A stretch of 64,000 nucleotides of DNA from IMG/VR virus record IMGVR_UViG_3300032234_000392, positions 32,001-96,000 of that record; one strand, 5' to 3'. The position numbers were made by a program, and so were the translations under genes. The DNA is from a virus. Its lineage: Duplodnaviria > Caudoviricetes. A model generated the notes under the pieces. It searched no databases. It saw only the letters and a program-made list of their open reading frames with translations, and was not told the origin of the DNA. Shown here piece after piece: positions 59,002-64,000 of this stretch. Every line of letters starts with the position of its first letter. Positions within the stretch are counted from its first letter, which is position 1.

Positions 59002-59845
59002 TTTCCAAATACCTTATTAACGGGCTTACACCCACAGGCTGACCATTACGCATGGCAAGGTATATACTATGTGTAGGAAGTAAATTAAAATCTCTACAGA
59101 CTTTATAATAACGATCGCTGTGAGTTAACCACAGATAGTCTGGAGGAAGATTTCGAATAAAATGTAGACCAATCTTAACTAATGCTCGATTATTCATATG
59201 AAAATCATTCATAATAGTAATTGCATCGGCGTTGGTATTTTTAGTCCAACGTAGGCCTATCCTATTCCACCCAAGCCCAAGACCTTTGCTAAGACTGATG
59301 CCAACGGATCTAATAACATCATTACTAAAGTCAAAAGTAATATCACGGCAGCAACTGATCCAAGCACCGTCAATGTGTACTTCAATATTTTTAATTTTAC
59401 ATTCATGTAAAATCTCCTCCATATCTCGATGTGGGGCACCAATACTAGGAAACGGCATTGCTATGATTAAAGGAATATCTGGAATCAGCGAGCCCACATC
59501 TTTAACATACGCTAACCCTAATCTTTCGTGATATCTGTAATCGCCACGTAATATCTGCACCGGACCTTGCATATACAAGGTATCAATAAATTGAGTACAT
59601 CCGATAATAATATCTTTTCTGCTAAATGTGTCTAATCCAGTCAGTGTATTAAAAGGAGAAGCCACAATCCACTGTTCCATCTCTTGCTTAAAGTTTTCAT
59701 AAACTGTATCGCTGATATCTCGATCTAGTTTACCTGACAACACATCTGTTATAATGGATTCAATTTTATTGTCAGCAAGGGGACTGGGCCGCTCAACCTG
59801 CAACCACTTTTCTTCATAACTTGAAGCTATCCTTGCTCTTTCCAT
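58994..59845 (-). CDS. PLP-dependent (fold type I) enzyme-like protein
   Basis: HIDGAW, SLSKG (Schiff-base Lys), RIG; start ATG 59845. Confidence 0.65.
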   Translation of the reverse strand: MERARIASSYEEKWLQVERPSPLADNKIESIITDVLSGKLDRDISDTVYENFKQEMEQWIVASPFNTLTGLDTFSRKDIIIGCTQFIDTLYMQGPVQILRGDYRYHERLGLAYVKDVGSLIPDIPLIIAMPFPSIGAPHRDMEEILHECKIKNIEVHIDGAWISCCRDITFDFSNDVIRSVGISLSKGLGLGWNRIGLRWTKNTNADAITIMNDFHMNNRALVKIGLHFIRNLPPDYLWLTHSDRYYKVCRDFNLLPTHSIYLAMRNGQPVGVSPLIRYLENA

Positions 59846-59857
59846 ATAAGTATTTAG

Positions 59858-60544
59858 ATGCTTGAACGACTCGATATAAAATTTCCTATTGACCCAATCA
59901 TTGAACAAGTACAATCATTGAGTTTTGATAAACGCCTACACCTAAATGAAACTACTGGACCACTGTTTTCTGGACCTTATCATGTCAAAGCAGAATTCCA
60001 AAACACTCCTTTGGGCAATGTGTTAGAATCATTAGGCACAATTGGTGAAGCTAGACTGTTAAAATTGGGCAGTGCTGAAAGTTATACAGCACATTCCGAT
60101 CCTGATGACAGGCTCCACCTAGCTATTATAACAAATCCCTATTGCTATTTGCAAGACCTTACTAGCCAAACAATGTATCATGTGCCTGTGGATGGACACA
60201 TATGGCGAATGGATACTGGTCAAATTCATGTGGCCACTAACTTTGGTGGGCGCGATCGCGTACATCTAAATATTCGTGTACCACTGCCTGCGTTTCAATA
60301 TCCAGGTGTGTTGATAGCAATGGAAGGTGGCTCCTACGATTGGAAACAAGAACTGCACATTAGTTTTATGAGTTATCTAAATCGTGCTATAAAGACCGGA
60401 CTTGTCACAGGTATTGAAAAAGTAAGTGAGCGTGAGCTGCTGTTAAATGCATCTCAAGAAGTCATAGACACAATTACGGCTGCGGTAATTGCCAAAGGTT
60501 TTAGCATCACTGTACGACCAGTATCAGAAGTGATCACGCTCTAA
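59858..60544 (+). CDS. 2OG-Fe(II) oxygenase (Asp/Asn beta-hydroxylase-like)
   Basis: AHSD, RLHL.I.TN, DT..IH.A.N.G..DRVHL. Confidence 0.78.
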   Translation: MLERLDIKFPIDPIIEQVQSLSFDKRLHLNETTGPLFSGPYHVKAEFQNTPLGNVLESLGTIGEARLLKLGSAESYTAHSDPDDRLHLAIITNPYCYLQDLTSQTMYHVPVDGHIWRMDTGQIHVATNFGGRDRVHLNIRVPLPAFQYPGVLIAMEGGSYDWKQELHISFMSYLNRAIKTGLVTGIEKVSERELLLNASQEVIDTITAAVIAKGFSITVRPVSEVITL

Positions 60545-61603
60545 AAACTGATCGCCGGGTTTTGAAATAGTTTTACTTTCGCCACAGATCCTTGCACACA
60601 TAATCATCTTCTTTTGAGTCCAGTGCGTGTACCACACAGTCTGCCACTCTGTGCTGTCTAACACAGCCTTGACTCCAACATTAACTGCGTGTAGTTTTTC
60701 AATACCGCCAAGGTCCGCAACCACATCTTCATATTGACGCTTGATCTCTTGGCGTAGTCCTAGACTAATATTTTCGTCATCGTATTGTGTATAAGGAATA
60801 CTAGATACCCAGCAGCAGGGCATGATATTTTTTTGTGCATCGATGTATATTTCTTTGGATTCTAAAACTTTACATTTTATTTCCAACGGCATGATTGTTT
60901 CTTTGTAGGATGCAATCATTTCTTTGCTGATAAAATGCATTTTGTTATCACTCGGCGGTTCAATATAATGAGTTGTTTCGCCTTGCTTGTTTAGAACTTT
61001 GTATTTGGGTTCACCTAAAAATCTACTGGAGTTTTTCAAAGTAAAATGTTTGAACCCTAGTTCGACCGCACGAGCACGAGCTTCCTCACCTTGGTGTTCA
61101 TTGTGCTTGAACTTGATAAAACACCATTCAGCAACACCGCCTGCGGCAATGAACGCTTTGGCATTTCGAATAACCTGTTCGTAAGTAGTGCCAATTCGAT
61201 ACAGGTGATGGGTGTCCTCTAGGCCATCTAGTGCAAACACCACAATGTGTTGATCGGGCAATGCCGCAGCTAAATCTTGCCACCATTTGATGTTTCTTGC
61301 ACCGCCGTTGGTATGTATGTGTACTCGCAGATTTGGTTTGTGATCACGCAAATATTGGCACATGCCTACTAAATCTGAGTTAAGTATTGGGTCTCCAAAA
61401 TTACCACAAAAATAAACTCCTTCTATAACCCTAAGAACATCTTGGGTAAAAATACTTTTGAACTCATCAAGAGTCCAATTGGTGTTAACCACCAAAGGAT
61501 TGTCTAGGCCGCCGTGATAGTTTCTAGCACACATTGGACAACTGGCCTGACACATGTTGGTAATTTCTAAGTGGATGGTTTTTAGTTCTTCAAAAGCAAA
61601 CAT
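60524..61603 (-). CDS. Radical SAM/SPASM-type protein
   Basis: CQASCPMC, GNFGDP, HTNGG, C-terminal C...PCC...C..IC. Confidence 0.9.
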   Translation of the reverse strand: MFAFEELKTIHLEITNMCQASCPMCARNYHGGLDNPLVVNTNWTLDEFKSIFTQDVLRVIEGVYFCGNFGDPILNSDLVGMCQYLRDHKPNLRVHIHTNGGARNIKWWQDLAAALPDQHIVVFALDGLEDTHHLYRIGTTYEQVIRNAKAFIAAGGVAEWCFIKFKHNEHQGEEARARAVELGFKHFTLKNSSRFLGEPKYKVLNKQGETTHYIEPPSDNKMHFISKEMIASYKETIMPLEIKCKVLESKEIYIDAQKNIMPCCWVSSIPYTQYDDENISLGLRQEIKRQYEDVVADLGGIEKLHAVNVGVKAVLDSTEWQTVWYTHWTQKKMIMCARICGESKTISKPGDQFLERDHF

Positions 61604-61651
61604 TGATTAAAATGGATCCAATAAATATGCTACTATTTACAGGAACTAACG

Positions 61652-62119
61652 ATGAAGTGTTGTATTACTGGTTATACTCGAGGACTAGGCAAAGCTATCA
61701 ATGATTACTTAGTGGCTCAAGGATGGACAGTTATTGGCTTCAATTCTTCAACTAGTCTAGATAGAATTGTTGAGCTGTCAACGAACTGTGACCTATTCGT
61801 TAATAATGCCTACGGAGATGGAATTCAAATAGAATTGTTAAATCAATTATACAACTCTGTAGCTAAAATGATTGTGTGTGGATCAGTGGTCACTGACTCT
61901 CCAGACCCACAATTACCCGTTTATACGCACCACAAGAAAGAATTAGAACAGAGATTTTTACAAGTTGCTGATACGGCCGATTCGCAAATGCTCTTGCTAA
62001 AACTGTCCAGCGATGCCTACAACGATCCACAGTTGGTTTTACGATCTATTAAGTTTTGGTTGGAAAATCCACAAATTAAAGTAATAACATATGTTGCCAA
62101 AGAGGAACCAAACAGATGA
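61652..62119 (+). CDS. Truncated SDR-family oxidoreductase
   Basis: ITGYTRGLG, FVNNA, YxxxK (YTHHK). Confidence 0.75.
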   Translation: MKCCITGYTRGLGKAINDYLVAQGWTVIGFNSSTSLDRIVELSTNCDLFVNNAYGDGIQIELLNQLYNSVAKMIVCGSVVTDSPDPQLPVYTHHKKELEQRFLQVADTADSQMLLLKLSSDAYNDPQLVLRSIKFWLENPQIKVITYVAKEEPNR

Positions 62120-62715
62120 ACAAAAAAATAATCATTACCGGACATACCCGAGGTATTGGCAAAGCCATATACGACAAATTTACTGAAATCAGTTGTAGAG
62201 AAATAGTAGGCATGAGCCGTAGCAATGGCTACGATCTAGAACAAGACTTTGACAAAATTGTTGCCGAAGCAGAAGGCTGTGAAATTTTTATTAATAACGC
62301 CTATTGCGAACAGCAACAGTTAAAACTAGTTGAAGCACTCAAGGACAAGGTTGACATGATGGTTGTGATGGGTAGTGTCAGTCGAATGTACCCAGAATTA
62401 ATTCCTACAGAATATGTGGCTAACAAACAGGCCCTAGCAGAAGCCTGTAGACTAATCAGTGTGAATCCCAATGGCATTCCCTTGCTGCATTTAGATTTAA
62501 GTTTTATTGAAGGCACAGAAGTTGATGCCGAAGACACCGCTGTGTTTACCAGCGACTACACAACTTCATATGAAGATATTGTAGATACAATTATTTTTTG
62601 GGCAGGTAAGCCCAGCATTAGACAAATTGAATTTAGATGGAAACTAACACCCTTTGTGTATGATCAGCTGAAACGAGCCAATCCCAACTTAGATCCATCT
62701 AGGGTATCGTTTTAA
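62116..62715 (+). CDS. SDR-family oxidoreductase
   Basis: ITGHTRGIG, FINNA, YVANK. Confidence 0.78.
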   Translation: MNKKIIITGHTRGIGKAIYDKFTEISCREIVGMSRSNGYDLEQDFDKIVAEAEGCEIFINNAYCEQQQLKLVEALKDKVDMMVVMGSVSRMYPELIPTEYVANKQALAEACRLISVNPNGIPLLHLDLSFIEGTEVDAEDTAVFTSDYTTSYEDIVDTIIFWAGKPSIRQIEFRWKLTPFVYDQLKRANPNLDPSRVSF

Positions 62716-63246
62716 GTTTTCTAAAAATCTATCCGCATGTATTTTCCACACAGTTTGATCTGTGTGTCGATAGTGAACCTGTTTGATCTTTTCTACTATG
62801 TGGAGTTTTTCAAGTGTTGGAAAATAATGTCGATGCACCAGTCGCTGGCTAGCAGCAGCACTGTCGTTAGAAGTTGCATAGATGTTGTCATTGCCAGTCC
62901 ATGCAATACACGCAGGTAATAAAAATTGATCAGTAAGATTTTGATGTTCAGCAATCAATCGCTTGGGAGTTATTAGGCCAGCTGTCGGCCTAGCAGTTCC
63001 AAAAGAACAAGTTCTAGCCAACACTCGATAACTTCCTGGTCCCATAACATCATCAAAAGTATGTGCAACTACACTGCCAACTGCTTTATCATCCTGATAT
63101 AGTATCCATGCTTTCCATGCTGATTCGTTGGCGAAACAATCAATCATTTTTTGTTGGCTAGAATTGTTTTCAAATCCTTTGAGAGCTGCCTCTGCATAAA
63201 AGGTTGTTAAATCTAATTCAGGTGACCAGTCTACAATCTTAAACAT
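62689..63246 (-). CDS. Hypothetical protein, possibly GNAT-like
   Basis: WILYQDDKAVGSV...YRVLART fits GNAT beta strands; weak evidence. Confidence 0.5.
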   Translation of the reverse strand: MFKIVDWSPELDLTTFYAEAALKGFENNSSQQKMIDCFANESAWKAWILYQDDKAVGSVVAHTFDDVMGPGSYRVLARTCSFGTARPTAGLITPKRLIAEHQNLTDQFLLPACIAWTGNDNIYATSNDSAAASQRLVHRHYFPTLEKLHIVEKIKQVHYRHTDQTVWKIHADRFLENLKRYPRWI

Positions 63247-63931
63247 ACAATTGTTTGGCCTTGTCTATAAAGTCTCTTGGGTAGTTATTACTAAAACTTT
63301 CAAATGCCAATAACTGTATGTCCTTAAGCGGAGTAGGAGTGTTCCAATCTATGCCCATAGCCTGTGATTGTTTTCTTAATTCTATTCTACGATTCTCGCT
63401 GATATGACTTAAAAAACTGTTTATAGTAATAGGCTGTTCATCAAAACTATAGCAAAAGAAATAATTAATGCTCTTTAGTTTTCCATCCACAACAAAATAG
63501 CTGCTAGGATGTAGGCTATATTTGTATATTTCTAAATCTTTATAGGCTGCTAGTATTGCCAACATCTGTTCTTGCCAGTCGGGTACAATCTCTTCAAAGG
63601 GGCAATGGTTGCGATCCAAACTTAGTTGCCACAAATCAACACCCTCAACTTCTAAATAAATTTTCTTTTCTAATAGATCAATATCTTTGACTACCGGAAT
63701 AAATTCTGGGGCATGTTCTCTCATTCGATTGAGATAACACAACTCTCTTGCCCATTTTTCGTTCATTAGGGCAGGATCCACCACTTGATTTTGTCCTTGA
63801 TGATATTCGGAGTCATTAACATACCATTGTACAAATGTCTTTTTATCATCGCTGATTAGACTGGTGTAGATTAGATTATTCCTCCAGGGCAGTTCGCCCG
63901 GCACTTGATTGTAGTAGTAGCTGTAATTCAC
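63239..63931 (-). CDS. Divergent protein-kinase-like fold protein
   Basis: RE..YL, IP.V.DID, YKYSLHPSSYFV..GKLKSIN; paralog of 50913..51605. Confidence 0.5.
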   Translation of the reverse strand: MNYSYYYNQVPGELPWRNNLIYTSLISDDKKTFVQWYVNDSEYHQGQNQVVDPALMNEKWARELCYLNRMREHAPEFIPVVKDIDLLEKKIYLEVEGVDLWQLSLDRNHCPFEEIVPDWQEQMLAILAAYKDLEIYKYSLHPSSYFVVDGKLKSINYFFCYSFDEQPITINSFLSHISENRRIELRKQSQAMGIDWNTPTPLKDIQLLAFESFSNNYPRDFIDKAKQLYV

Positions 63932-63984
63932 GAGTTTATCCCTTGTATGTTAATTATCTTAAATACAATCAGGAACCTAATTAA

Positions 63985-64000
63985 ATGATAAAAGGCATTA
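63985..64000 (+). CDS. Start of next gene (MIKGI..., runs off window)
   Basis: TAAATA (63960-63965), AGGA SD, ATG. Confidence 0.45.

Noticed and set aside
44144-63931. RiPP cluster interpretation (radical SAM/SPASM plus precursor peptide)
   Set aside because: No convincing precursor peptide, RRE/PqqD domain, peptidase or exporter was identified. The small ORFs at 48144 and 53560 lack leader/core features. This is not fully excluded.
1-64000. Stop-codon reassignment (seen in some large phages)
   Set aside because: Known genes are full length in code 11 with dense packing, and TAA, TAG and TGA all end genes.
1-64000. Inteins, introns, homing endonucleases, transposases, integrase, DGR/reverse transcriptase
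   Set aside because: No such motifs were seen; the clamp loader, PhoH, ThyX and ClpA appear uninterrupted.

Overview
This is a 64 kb segment of a large (jumbo-type) tailed dsDNA phage genome read in standard code 11. The host is probably a Gram-negative proteobacterium, judged from two-component spanins and proteobacterial-like IscU/IscA and ClpA. From left to right: (1) a protein quality-control block (clpA truncated at the window edge, peptide deformylase, dnaJ); (2) a lysis cassette (GH19 endolysin, i-/o-spanins, holin-like protein); (3) phoH, dCMP deaminase, clamp loader, MazG-like NTP-PPase, groES and a stand-alone DnaE fragment; (4) about 18 kb of tail/baseplate genes, including a subtilase, a collagen-like fibre and a 2480-aa fibre; (5) iscA/iscU, SOD, UV endonuclease, a glycosyltransferase, kdsA and queD; (6) early hypothetical genes, thyX and an Hc1-like gene; (7) a ~20 kb island of tailoring enzymes (4 radical SAM, 4 2OG-Fe(II) oxygenases, kinase-like, SDR, SGNH, amidinotransferase, aminoacyl-transferase-like, QueC-like). 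The most notable non-coding signals are three. The first is a 111-nt tRNA-like RNA with intact acceptor/D/T arms, CCA and its own sigma70 promoter, but no canonical anticodon arm. The second is a preQ1-I-like but non-canonical pseudoknot in the queD leader. The third is pervasive leaderless promoter architecture, from both sigma70 promoters and TAA(A/G)TA late-type boxes. All product calls come from motif recognition by eye; no database searches were run.
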